DNA from: Diplonema japonicum | Taxonomy: Eukaryota; Protista; Euglenozoa: Diplonemea | Direction of reading: 5' to 3' | DNA: 64,000 nt | Assembly (NCBI GenBank): GCA_964019335.1 | Contig: OZ025678.1 | Span: 551,302-615,301, forward strand | Shown here: one piece after another, positions 13,282 to 24,940 of the stretch | How positions within the stretch are numbered: position 1 is the stretch's first letter | Layout of the letters: every line of letters starts with the position of its first letter | Position numbers and translations under genes: made by a program | The notes under the pieces: model-generated | The model's input: only the letters and a program-made list of their open reading frames with translations | What the model was told of the DNA's origin: nothing | The model's database searches: none

Positions 13282-16196
13282 ATGGATGAATGCCCACCTG
13301 CCTCACCAAGCTACTCGAATGTGGGGGGAACTAAAACGGTGAAGGAGACCGCCTTGATTGCTTTCGAGTCGTTAAAGCGGAGGCTGACAAGCGATGAAGC
13401 AGAAGATATTGGGGAGAAGCTGATCGACGTGGTGCACGAGGATGAAGAAGCCTTCCGACCAAGATTGAGGCGCTCAAAGCGTGATGATGGGTGGTGGTGC
13501 CACGTTGAGACATGCAGGGAGGTCATGAAATACGACCAAGGCAAGGTGCTGTATGCCTTTGAGCACGGGCTTCAAGTGACTATCGCACGCGGCGACCTGA
13601 CCACCAGAGATATCCAGGAGTGCATCATGTCGGCTATCTTCCTAGAGATGCTTGGCTGCGACGTCGACTTTGCTTATGTTCACGCCATCAACTTAACCGC
13701 TCTCCCCGGTTCGACCGCCGAGCAGAAGAAGCTCGGTTACCTGCTCTGCTCAATGTCCCTCTCGCAGCAGGACGAGCGCTTCATCTTACTCGTCAACAAT
13801 ATTCGTAAGGACCTCATGAGCCAAGACATGCTAGTTGTGCAGGTTGCCCTCACTGCATGCTGCAAGCTTGTGTCGGAGTCAAGCTATTCTATCCTTGCAG
13901 AGCACATCTGGCACCACACATCCTCGAAAGACGTCCATGTCAGAACCAAAGCCACCATAGCGCTGCAGCAGTTCTACTGCGTTGCTGGTAAATACGCACT
14001 GAGCATCAACTTCATGGAAGCCACACAAGTGTTCAAAAACCTCATCAACGACCGTTCGTCTGTACTTTGCAACTTCTCCTTCTGTCATACCTTAGTAAAG
14101 GGGTCGTCTCAGTTGGACGGCAATGAAGCACTTCAGTGCGTGCTGACATGTGCACAGCGGATGATGAGCGGCCTTTTCTCGCCTTCAGCCAAGCACTCCA
14201 TGTTCGTGACAATAGCTTTGCTGAAGCTGCTGGTGGCTGTGTGCACAAAGGTAGGTGAGGTGAGTGTTGGGCGGCAGATGCCTGCGATTACGTCTATCCT
14301 GTTTAGCATCTTGAACCCCTTGAAGAGGGACCTCAAGCAGCGGGAAGTTGCCGTTGCTTACGAAGTGCTACGTACCATGGCCCACCCCTCGCTGCTAGGC
14401 TTCATGCGGTTGCCTGATCAGACAAAACTGAAGAACATGGCGAATGACCTTGTCGATACCATGCTGTCCTGCACCAACAAGGACATGTACTACACAACGA
14501 TACGGTGCATAGGATACGTGGCTTTAGTGTCAAGTTCTGATGGAGCGTCGCGGAAGGAACATGTATTCAAAGCGCTCTACAGCTCCGACTCTTCCCTTCT
14601 CCTGGCAGGTGTCGATGTACTGTGCAGCATTGCACGGCAGCACAATGTTACGCACGTTCTCTCAAAGCTGTTCACTTTTGCAAGGACACCTCCCCACATT
14701 TCGAACTTTGCAGTGATATCTGCGCTGCGCACGGCACTGGTGGCGAGGATCCACCTTCTGTCGTGGGACGTTGCCAGACCTTCCTCATCGCTGCTACACC
14801 TCACAACTACTATGAAATTATTTTCGGACTTCTCATCAGACGTGCACGGCGCTGCTGAACAAGAAGATGAACATGGTCTCAAGATGCTCGACTGGTTACA
14901 CAGCGAGCTATCGTTGCAAGAAGGCGAGATGGTGATGGGACACGGGGACCTGGAGCTATGTGGTGAGAGTGACGTGGAAGAAACAGGCGAGGAGTTATTG
15001 CTAGCCAGGAGAGAGCTTCGCACAGCAGCTTGCAACAAAATGGGTGACATCTTAGAGCACAGAGCGAAGACAGGGCGGGGCCTCGTGTGCAGGTTTGACC
15101 CTGTGCTGAGCAGGTCGTCGGAACCCGTGTCGGTGCGCGTGGCTTCATGGGCATTGGGGGAGTTCGCGATATGGTATGGCGAACGGCAGCTAAACGATGT
15201 GTTCAACCTTATGGTTGATGTGCTGTTGGACACTGCTGCAGGTTCAGGTGCACTTGCCCTAACAGGCATCGTAATTTCGTTAAACAAGCTGCTTTGCATG
15301 TACACACATCTGAGGTTGTCAGGCCAGCCTGCCTTCATTGAGGGACGCGACACGCAACTGAAGGCGGAGAGCCTTTCTGCCGGAAAGAATGCACTGCTAG
15401 AAAGGTCACGATCCAGAGACGTGACGGTGGCTGGTGCTGCTGCGGAAGGCTTGGCACTACTGCAGCTGTCGCTCCAGTCCTTGTCACATGAGGCAAGTAC
15501 GCAAGAGAAGGGGCAAGCTACTGGGACGCTTGAGCTATTTGAAGAACTGTCTTTGCCATACAGCACATGCTTGCAGCAAGACATTGACACGGACCTCAAG
15601 TTCCTCGATTCATTCGTCGCGGAGCAGACGATGCGGCGTGAGAGCCAAGGGTGGACCATCAAACGATATGTAAAGAAGTCAGAAAGAGAAGAAATGGACC
15701 CAGCAGACGTCGGAAATGATGTTCTTAATGAGCCGGAACGAGAGCCAGCGTTGGTAAAGGACGAAGAATCATTACTGAAGCCTTCGAAGGTCCCGTGGGG
15801 TAGAGATGGGTATAGTGGCAAGGGAACTGAAGATGTATGCCTATCGCAGCCAAGCAGTACGGCGGGTAGTCCGAAACAGTGCGATCCCCCAGTACAGCTG
15901 GAGAAACCGAGAAGGAAGAAGACACACGCATGGCTGGAGGAGGCGATCGAGTTGGCAAATAAAGATAGGAAGCGAAAAGTAAAATACAATAAAGTGGTCA
16001 AGGAAGCGGGGCTGCGTGGATCTGGTCTTAGAAAGACGTGGGGCCCGACCTATCCTACAAGCACTACCTACACGAACATGGATTCAGGTGAGGTGACACA
16101 GGAAACAGAGGATTGGCGCCAAGGTATGTGGCCTCAGCACAACACATCAATACAGACACCACCGAACTGGCCGAGTCCGACGATGACATTGATTAG
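13282..16196 (+). CDS. AP4E1: AP-4 complex epsilon subunit-like adaptin (divergent)
   Basis: Adaptin_N signature EMLGCDVDFAYVHAINL...KKLGYL...ILLVNNIRKDL, and DIDTDLKFLDSFV. Intron 16124-16155 gives the end QDTTELAESDDDID* and removes the apparent overlap with the kinase. Confidence 0.75.
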
Positions 16197-16292
16197 TGTA
16201 GTGTACTTGCCTGCTAGAGGTGGGTTCGTGCTGAGATCCTCCTTTACCGTGGTCAACCATGGCATTTCATTACATTACAGGGTTGGGTGCAG

Positions 16293-18037
16293 ATGGGTAA
16301 GAAGATCGGCGACTACATCTTGGGAAGCACTCTGGGCTCCGGTGCTTATGCGAAGGTCAAGAAAGCGGTGCATGGACCTACGAAGAAAACATACGCAATA
16401 AAGATCATAAATTGCGCAAAATACAAATCCAAGGACCGAGAAGAATGGCTGAGGAGGGAGGTCGCAGTTCTCAGAAAGCTTGACCACCCGAACATCATGA
16501 AGCTCTTCGACGTGATGCAACAGGGAGACAAGATGCACCTGGTCCTCGAGTACGTGAATGGAGGCGAGCTGCTGGAGGTGATAGCTAAGGTAAAGCGTCT
16601 TTTTGAAGACGAGGCCAGACATTACTTCCACCAACTGATGAGTGGTGTTGCATATATGCACTCTTTGGGTATTGTGCACCGAGACTTGAAACCGGAGAAC
16701 ATCTTAGTGACTGACAAGAAAGTTCTCAAAATAGCTGACTTTGGTCTTTCCAACATTGTCCCGCAAGATAAGAGCTCTGAGTTCCAGCTCATGTCAACCA
16801 TCGTGGGAAGCCCCGATTACTGTGCACCGGAAGTGGTGCAAGAAAAGAATTATGACGGGTTCAAGGCAGACGTCTACAGCTGCGGGACAATACTATACAC
16901 CATGGTGTCGGGCAGCAGGCCTTTCGAGGCAAAGGACGAGGAAGCGACCTTGCAGAAGGTTGCTGCAGGTATCTTCATCGTGCCGCGTCATGTGAGCAAA
17001 GACTGCGACTCGCTCATCAACGGCATGATGGAGATGGACCCGGATAAAAGGATGAGTGTCAAAAAGGTCTTGGCACACCCATGGTTCACCGTGGGCCTCG
17101 ACTCAAAGAAGCTGAAGGGCTTGGTATGCAACCTTTGTCTGCCACACACAATACAGCAAACACCCTCTCAAGGGCCCATTGACATTAGTGAGGAAGAGAT
17201 CGCACAAGCTATACAGCAGGTGCACTTGGAAAAGGCCAGCGGCAATGTGTTCTCTCTCATCGCAGGTTTGCAAACAGGTGACGTGGACGCCCTGGTGGGC
17301 AAGGGGAACGATGTAAAGTTCCTTCTGACTGTGCATAACATGCAGCAGGCCTTCACGAGAGTTGTGGGTTTGCTGAAGAAGATGAGGTGCAAGGTGCAAG
17401 AAAGAAAGACAGACGGCTGCACGTCGGGAAGGCTTCTGTTGTACTCGTACATCACGCTTGTGAACGGAATCATGACGTTCACGACGGAGCTGCAAGCGCG
17501 CCCGCCGAGTTTGGTAGCAACGACACTGAGGAAGGAGAGGGGTGATACGAAGACATTTGAGGACTTCAGCAATGTGATATCTGCACACCTGTGCGATCTG
17601 TTTGAGGAGCATGAGTGGGAAATGGTCAAGGGTGTTCATAGACAGGAATTATTCAGTCCCTTGGCTCAGACAGGGTCTCCCTTTCCCACAGGGTCAGAGT
17701 GGGATGTAACTGTCGTCAGTGCCTCCCCAAAGACCTTCCACATATCCACAAGACTTTGCAAGACTGACGCTGCGAATATGATTTATGACAAACTCACGGC
17801 ACTGGACACGAATCCTGTTCTGCTGCGCAACAAGGTATCTGACCAGTACCGGTTGACAGGTTTCATCACCCCCGATCCTCCTGTGTTGGTATGCTACTCA
17901 TGTATCTATAATATTTTACTCTACAGCTGACCTTCAACGTCGACGTCACCAGTGAAAAGGACTGCTCACTCACCTTCACCCTCATGACTGGCGATCCAAA
18001 GCTCTTCGCAGAGCTTCAGGCAGCCGTACAAGGCTAG
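16293..18037 (+). CDS. SNF1/AMPK/CIPK-like Ser/Thr kinase with NAF-like motif and C-terminal regulatory region
   Basis: LGSGAYAKVK, YAIKII, HRDLKPEN, DFGLS, GSPDYCAPE; NVFSLI after the kinase domain. Introns 17124-17156 (in frame) and 17889-17926. Confidence 0.9.
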
Positions 18038-18343
18038 TGTTGTCAACAGTAGACACCATGATCCAGATCATGCTACGACTCTTATTAAGTTTACGGAACA
18101 GAAAGACTCCTGATCTTCTCTTTCCGTTGTGGAATAGCGACCAGTAGCTTCGCCTGTTTTGCCTCCTCGATGTGCGGTATTACACTGTCCCGTCACGTGC
18201 TTTCGCTTCTCTTGTCCCTTCCATTACCCCTACCTTTTTCTTTTTCTTTTTTGGTCTCTCCCCATCCTCGGTTTAAGATAGTTCTGTTTCTGTTCATTCG
18301 TATGTGTTTGGAATACCCACTGCAAACCCACACAGCAGGTGGG

Positions 18344-19369
18344 ATGCGGGCAGTATGCAGGCAGCGGAGGCTGATGGGTGTCTTTAAGTACCCCCGTATG
18401 GGGGGTGACCCCAATGCGAAGAAAGCAGAATGGGAAAAGCATGAGTTCATAAACCAACAACAATTAGGATCGATCAATGACGAAGGGATGCAGCACTTCT
18501 GGGTGTCGTTGACGATGGACAGGATCCCACAAGAGGAGGACATGCTGAAGCTCCCAAACGGGCGACTGACGGTGTCGAAGTGGCGAAACGTTTACAACAG
18601 AATGAAAGACATGCACCCCATGCCTGTGAAGCAGTGGCTGGAGGAAGAAGGATGGTGCACCTCCAACAGGGACGACCCCTATCTGAAGGCGTTCAACAAC
18701 ATACACACAACAGGCATGTCACTATGGGAGGGGTCATCGTTTAACAAATACGAGCCTCTTATACATCAAAGAAGAGATCTAAGAACGCTGCTACACAAAG
18801 ATCGAACAAGGTACAAGATGATGTACGCTACTCTGCCAGCCTGTGACAGGATTCTAGATTGGATAGAGAAGGCAGCGGGGGGTCGACAGATAGTACTAGT
18901 TCAGGCGGGAATAGGGTATTGGGCAAAACAACTGCTGGAGCACAACGTAACGAACATCATTGCACATGAGGAGTGGGCCCACCCACAGCTGCGCAGGGGA
19001 CACAAGTTCATGACAGACGTGATCGAGACAAGCGGCGAGGCAGAGTTTTCTAGCGGGAAGTACGACGACAGTGTTGTACTGAGCATCACCCCCGAACGTC
19101 CCTTAGAAGAGATCCGAGGGTGGAAGGGTGACACAGTATGTACTCTCTGTTCCCAACCACCACCTTGCAGCTAATCCACATCGGGCAGGGTGCCATTGGT
19201 GGCTCCTATGATGTTGGCCTATCTCTCATCAACAGGCAAGAGGATTGGTCTCTTGACACGCACCATCGTACCCTCACCTGGCCTTTGGTATGACCGTGCA
19301 ACACGCAGGACCAACACACAGTACTATGACCACGCGTATTGCTTCAAGAAGCCAAATGAAAAGAAATAG
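18344..19369 (+). CDS. hypothetical protein with a possible mitochondrial presequence and degenerate methyltransferase-like C-terminus
   Basis: MRAVCRQRRL N-terminus; IVLVQAGIGYWAKQL resembles SAM-binding motif I. Introns 19136-19170 and 19288-19321. Confidence 0.6.
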
Positions 19370-19468
19370 GGCAATAAAAAAAAACCCCCTGGCTGTTTAG
19401 GTGCTATTCAACAATGGAGATCGAGATCAATGAGTAAATTAAAAAAATGAAATCAAACGTAACTCAGA

Positions 19469-20350
19469 ATGGGAAGAAAGAAGGCAAAAGAGAATACATG
19501 GCGGCGGGTGCTATGGAAGCAGAGGGATTACGACGATAGTTATGTGGACGAAACGTTCATGAAAGATCTGAAGATGAACTTCTACAGGTCGAGGTTGGGA
19601 TATTTTGTTCTGGTGAAAGAATCAAGCTGCATCACGCAGCAGCTGTCGCTTGTGATTTTGTACATGATATGTTTCTTTGATGCAATGGAGGAGGCGGTTG
19701 ACCCATTCACTCTGCTGCTGCTGTGCTTAGGCATCGCGGTCTTCCTTACGACGGTGTCGAAGATGTTCGTCGAGGAGCACAAGTCGCGCCTCATGGTGAC
19801 GGAGTCCATCTCGACAGCAGGGCTGCTGTTCTTTGTGTCGCCAATCCTGCGCACGCTGACGGAGCCCTGGTCGGACGACACGCTAACCGCTATGTGCCTC
19901 TTATTCCTGGTGATCCACCTTGCCTCCACTGACTACAGCACTAAGCCACGCGACGAGCCCATCGCTGTGAACGCTGCATCCTTTGCTTCCGTTCTCCTTG
20001 CGTCACGGCTTCCGCAGTACAACTATGGCTTCATCATGATCACCCTTGGTGTCCTCCTCTTCACTGTTTCCCCCGAACCTCGCAAAGCCCTTCGCACGAA
20101 GGTTCCAGAAGCCTGGTCCGCCATCACATGGCTTCTTGTCGGCGCTGCCTTCGCTTTTCTCTTGAATATCGACAAGGCGTACGCAGTTCTGTACTGCTTT
20201 GTAATACTGAGCATCACGTTTCTCATCCCGGCGTGGTTGATTCACGAGCATGAAGTGGGTAAAATGCAGATAAGTGGTCCTTGGGACGAAGCCAAACCTA
20301 CCAACTCAGCAGCCGCTGCTGAATGGGCTACAGCAGGGCTGCTGACGTAG
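19469..20350 (+). CDS. PIGC: GPI-GlcNAc transferase subunit C (PIG-C/GPI2)
   Basis: WRRVLWKQRDYDDSYVDETF, SPILRTLTEPWSDDT, NAASFASVLLASRL, KMQISGPWDEA. Confidence 0.95.
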   Translation: MGRKKAKENTWRRVLWKQRDYDDSYVDETFMKDLKMNFYRSRLGYFVLVKESSCITQQLSLVILYMICFFDAMEEAVDPFTLLLLCLGIAVFLTTVSKMFVEEHKSRLMVTESISTAGLLFFVSPILRTLTEPWSDDTLTAMCLLFLVIHLASTDYSTKPRDEPIAVNAASFASVLLASRLPQYNYGFIMITLGVLLFTVSPEPRKALRTKVPEAWSAITWLLVGAAFAFLLNIDKAYAVLYCFVILSITFLIPAWLIHEHEVGKMQISGPWDEAKPTNSAAAAEWATAGLLT

Positions 20351-20417
20351 CAAGTTCCTTTTTTTTTTTTTTTTATTAACGACTGACTGCTGCGCTTCAC
20401 CATTCGCCAGGTTGCTG

Positions 20418-22813
20418 ATGCTCCATAAATATGGAACCTCTCCCAGCAGCAACATCAAAGGACACCGTCCTCTGCGTGTGTTGGGGGATGCTGCGTGCTT
20501 TCACAGTGCTGTTGAATGTGACCCACAATGGGAGACCCTGACAAAAATAAGGTCAGGCAGTAAATACCTCCCTGCGGTGAGGAATGAAAGCAGCGTACCA
20601 AAGGTGCGAAAAGCACCTCAGAAAGCAGATTGCAGGGTTGCAAGCATAACCAAGATGCCTGCGCTCCCCCCTTTGTTGTGCACAATGGATTCAATGGATT
20701 TAGACGATGTTGCACCTAAAACAGTCAAGTCGGAGCTGTTCGAGGGACATTTGCACACGCCCAGGTTCTTTGATTGGCTACTAAAGAGAAAGGTCACTAA
20801 TCTGATGAAAGAAGAGACAGAAGAGCGCGAGCAGGTCATCGGCATTGAGAGCGATCTAGTGGAAGTGACCATCTTGCTAGAGTGGATGCAACTATCAATT
20901 TTCGGGAACGAAAACTACCATAGAAACTCGTTGTTATCTGAAGAGTACTGGACGCGACGACTTATAGGGAACATGAAATGCATATCAGCAAAGGTTATGA
21001 ACTTCTTGAAGCTAACCCAGTTCAAGCTCGCCAACAAATACTGGAGCGCATTGCGGCAGAAGACCAAGGAGGCCGCAGAGATCCGCATTGGCGGGAAGGT
21101 TGCTGCGCTTATCGACCAAAGCATGGCACGGACTGTTATGAGACTCCATTACAACAGGCTTTTCGATTACAGTCGAACCCAACTCCTCTTCAAGCAATGC
21201 CGCAGGGACATCACCAACCAACAGTATCAATCTCGCGCCTTCATCATTCAAGAAGAGTTGCAAGAAGCTGTCATCATACGAAATGCCATCAGTTCCTTGA
21301 ACCTCATGCTTTGGCTAACGCACAGACAGCTTGCGCATATACCTTTCGAAGAAGCGGACGGAAGATGTGCTCTAGATGAAGAAGGAGTTTTCACTTACGA
21401 GGTGCTGTTCACTAGGAGTGAAGTAGAGAAGCAGTGGATCAACGACATGAGCGTCATCGCTGCTTCCGAGGCCTCTGAGCTCGAGAAGAAGTTGGATCGA
21501 TGGCTATTCCTTGTGAAAGGCCCGCATACGTGCGCTTACTATTACTCGAGGTGGGTGAACTGGTCGAAGATGTCAAGCTTGAAAAAGAAGTCAAACAAAC
21601 AACTTATGGGGCGTTATAAGGTTAGGCTAACGGCGTTCACTACAGAAGCGCGAAAGCTTAAAGAGCACAAAGCAAACGTGGCAAGGCTTCTGTCAAAGTC
21701 CAACTTCCTTCTTGCAAGGAAGGCATGGGCACAAGTGAAGATGCTGCTCATGAAGGTTATTGCCCGAAGATTGATGCTGACAACCGATCGTGGGCTGGTG
21801 CGGCATTGCTGGGGCTACTGGAGGGACTACGTCAAGATCCATGCCGCTGACAGGATGATTGCCACGTTCAAGGTGCAGTTCAGCGTGAATACCGAAATTT
21901 ACATCCTCCGCCTTTACTTCAAGAAGTTCTTCACGTGGCATGTGAAACATCAGCAAAGTAGAAGAAAGTCAAACTACGTGCACGTAAAGAACGTGGCCAA
22001 GCACCTAGCACTAAGGTACATCCCACTGAAGAGATTCACAGCGAGACAGCAATTTGAAAGGGAGACGCTCAATATACTGCAAGGCATCATCTACCTTGCG
22101 CAGTGCGCACAAGTACGCCTTGCGTGGTTCAGGTGGCTCGGATTCATCACGGAAAAGGAGGAGAAGCGCGACAAACGGGAACAACAACGCCAGAAATGTT
22201 CAGTGATGGCGGAGACATGTGTCCATCGTTTGCGGATGAGGTACTTCAACATTTATTCTCAGTGGCACGTGTTGCTTCAAAGAAAGGTGACGAAAGAGCA
22301 GGATGCCGCTGAGATGCGAGACCGTGCCTTCTTTTTAATAGCAAGAAGGTACTTCCGATCGCTCATCAAGTTGAGGAAGAAGCCTGTGCCCGATGTCACA
22401 CCACTGTACGCAGCTATCATCAACGCGCACACGGCCATGAGGTTCGGCTGCTGGCTACGATTGTTACGTAGGAGAAAGAGAAATGATGAGATGGAGCTTA
22501 TGTCTTACGTTCTGCACAAGGATATGCAAGTTGCGCTGTTGAAAAGGCACTGGGAACCTTTGCTACGGTGGAGCACGTCGGGCCCTTTGGTACATACACG
22601 GAAAATGGCAGAACGGCACAAGGTATGCAGCTTCTTTCGATCACAAACACACGACAGGTGGCCTTGACAAAACGATATTATAGTCACCTCTCCCGGTACC
22701 AATTTGTTCTCGAAAAAAGGAGTCTCCAAAATGACCAAGCAGCCACATTGTGTGTGCTTTACAGCACCACGTTGATGAGGAAGTACTGGCAGAAATGGGC
22801 AATTCGATCGTAG
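20418..22813 (+). CDS. hypothetical helical protein with basic W/Y-rich repeats (Sfi1/IQ-like, possibly flagellar); start uncertain
   Basis: Long ORF with repeated LxRxYFxxW-type segments. Intron 22623-22657 joins to the 22568-22813 frame. Confidence 0.6.
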
Positions 22814-22865
22814 TTTTATTTCATCTCATCCCCGAGCCCCGAGCTTTTTAGGCATTGCAGTACAC

Positions 22866-23687
22866 ATGTTCGACACGCGAGGCTTCAATGTAAAGGTGGT
22901 GTCGCAAGGCAGGGTGCATGTGATTGAGTGTGATGAGACATGTGCGGTAGGGAAGTTGAAGCGGCAGATAATGAACAATAATGAAATTATGGAAGGGCAG
23001 CCGCTTGTAAGGCTGGTGCTGGTATTTAAAGACGTGACTCTGATTGACGAGAAGCAGGCCATCTGTGATGCAGGAGTCAAGAAGGGCGATCGTGTGCTTC
23101 TGACGGACGGTGTCACATTTTCGATGCCTTCGAAGCCGAGTACAAATACTAGCAGCCCCGCAGCTGGCGGTGGAACCTTTGCCACGTCATGGGCAAAGAC
23201 AGCTGCCGATAAGGCAGTTGAGCAAGTAGACAGAGTGCTTGCCCCATACCCATGGGCATACACCGCCCTGTGCGTCATCGGCATCTTGTTCGGTCCTGCG
23301 GTGGTATTCAGCGTTGCCGGACTATCAGGCAACAGCAGCAGCGGGTTTTGCATCATCGCGACGAAGGCAAACTGCCTTGGTGCGGAAGCACCTGCGTTAG
23401 CAAGGTTTTCTTCAAGCAACTCAGGATGGGACACGCCACATGCCGAGTGCCTCCTAAGCGGGAAGGGTATTTGCACTGCAAGTGTCGGAGATATCACGAC
23501 TTGCTTGATTACAGGAACTACATGTGATGTTACTGACCCGCACTACGGTTTCTACTCCCTGATTATCTCGCTGTGCAGGCTAGTACTAGCGGCGATGGTC
23601 GCGTGTTTGTTTTTCTTCTCGTGCTACAGGTCTGTAGGTGATTTGCGAACGTCGGTAAGCGACAGAAGAGGCTACTTGCCTGTTTGA
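22866..23687 (+). CDS. ubiquitin-like domain membrane protein
   Basis: N-terminal Ubl (VGKLKRQI...LVLVFKDVTL...DAGVKKGDRVLL), then two hydrophobic segments flanking a Cys-rich loop. Confidence 0.7.
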   Translation: MFDTRGFNVKVVSQGRVHVIECDETCAVGKLKRQIMNNNEIMEGQPLVRLVLVFKDVTLIDEKQAICDAGVKKGDRVLLTDGVTFSMPSKPSTNTSSPAAGGGTFATSWAKTAADKAVEQVDRVLAPYPWAYTALCVIGILFGPAVVFSVAGLSGNSSSGFCIIATKANCLGAEAPALARFSSSNSGWDTPHAECLLSGKGICTASVGDITTCLITGTTCDVTDPHYGFYSLIISLCRLVLAAMVACLFFFSCYRSVGDLRTSVSDRRGYLPV

Positions 23688-23773
23688 TTTGCGCATTCCT
23701 TTTTTTCCCTTTTTCTAAGCCCAGTTTCAGCACATTCATTTTATTCCTCACACCCCTTATCCTCACAGCAGAG

Positions 23774-24838
23774 ATGGTGGGCGGGCTGTATTTCAAGGGT
23801 GGTGACGAACAGAAGTTCCCTGACAAGTGGCCAAAAGGAATGTCGAAAATGCCTGATTGTGCTAAGAAGTTCCCGCTGAAAAATATGACGTATTTTCGAG
23901 TGGTGAACAAGGTGACGACTAGTGGCAAGCTGCAGGAGAGGGCATGGATCATCACACCAAGATACATGATGTTGTGTGAGCTAGGAGGCACAGTTAAGCG
24001 TGTAGTGAGGATGCATGAGATATTAGCCGTGTACGTGAACATGGTGACGGACAAGAACACAAATAAAAATATAGAGCAGGTCATGATTAAGTCCGTAAAT
24101 ACCGACGAGCCCACGATGATCATCCAGTTGAAGGAGAACCTCAAAAACAGCGAACTCCAAGCTCAAAACCTCGACCCGTACCACATGTTGTGGTTCTTCA
24201 ATAAAAGGTTTAAAGGCCCAGATGAATGCCTCAAGGTGATAAAGGTCCCGACACCTAATTTTAACTACATAAACGAGAGGACCATGGGGCCTCTTAATAA
24301 GACGGTGAATTACAAAAAGCCTAAACAAAAAATGGAAGCTTGGAAACATGAAACGGTACCGTTGTGGAAGCCGCCTCCGGAACCAGAGAAAGAACCAGAG
24401 CCAGAGCCAGAACCAGAACCGGAACCAGAACCGGAGCCTGAACCGAAACCAGAGATCGTTGAACCTATTGTGGAGGAGGTCCCGGAAATTGAAGAACTCG
24501 AACCTGCACCTATAATGATGGAATATCCCCTGCCGCCACCTACGCCGACCCCGCCTCCAGCAGAACCTATGATGCTGATACCTGCAGATATGTTGAGTGC
24601 TCTCCAACCCCCTGCTCCTGTCATAAGACGAAAGAGAAAGCCAAGAGATCTCCCTGGTGCGCCACGTACACTGAATAACAATTGCAAGAATATCAACCTT
24701 CACCTATACATGCACAAACCCACTCAGGCTCGCAGGGGCGCACCCATCGCCATCGACAATGGCATCCCTGCCGTGTCTCCCATCGCCGTTGCATATGATA
24801 GCCTTGCCTCTCCTACGTACCTTCCTGCACGTGTTTAG
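23774..24838 (+). CDS. protein with a myosin-TH1/PH-like domain and (PE)n proline-rich linker
   Basis: VNKVTTSGKLQERAWIIT...TVKRVVRMHEI resembles the TH1-type PH fold; EPEPEP tract near 24375-24455. ATG follows an AG acceptor. Confidence 0.6.
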   Translation: MVGGLYFKGGDEQKFPDKWPKGMSKMPDCAKKFPLKNMTYFRVVNKVTTSGKLQERAWIITPRYMMLCELGGTVKRVVRMHEILAVYVNMVTDKNTNKNIEQVMIKSVNTDEPTMIIQLKENLKNSELQAQNLDPYHMLWFFNKRFKGPDECLKVIKVPTPNFNYINERTMGPLNKTVNYKKPKQKMEAWKHETVPLWKPPPEPEKEPEPEPEPEPEPEPEPEPKPEIVEPIVEEVPEIEELEPAPIMMEYPLPPPTPTPPPAEPMMLIPADMLSALQPPAPVIRRKRKPRDLPGAPRTLNNNCKNINLHLYMHKPTQARRGAPIAIDNGIPAVSPIAVAYDSLASPTYLPARV

Positions 24839-24940
24839 GGGGGTTAGGACTCTGTTTTGTTTTGTACATGTCTATCCACTTGTTAGTTTTTTTGCCACCA
24901 TCTTTACCCCCTTTCTTTAGACTCTACAGCACACAGGACA

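Noticed and set aside
16287-16401. Overlap between the adaptin and kinase ORFs
   Set aside because: Artefact of reading through intron 16124-16155; the spliced adaptin ends at 16196.
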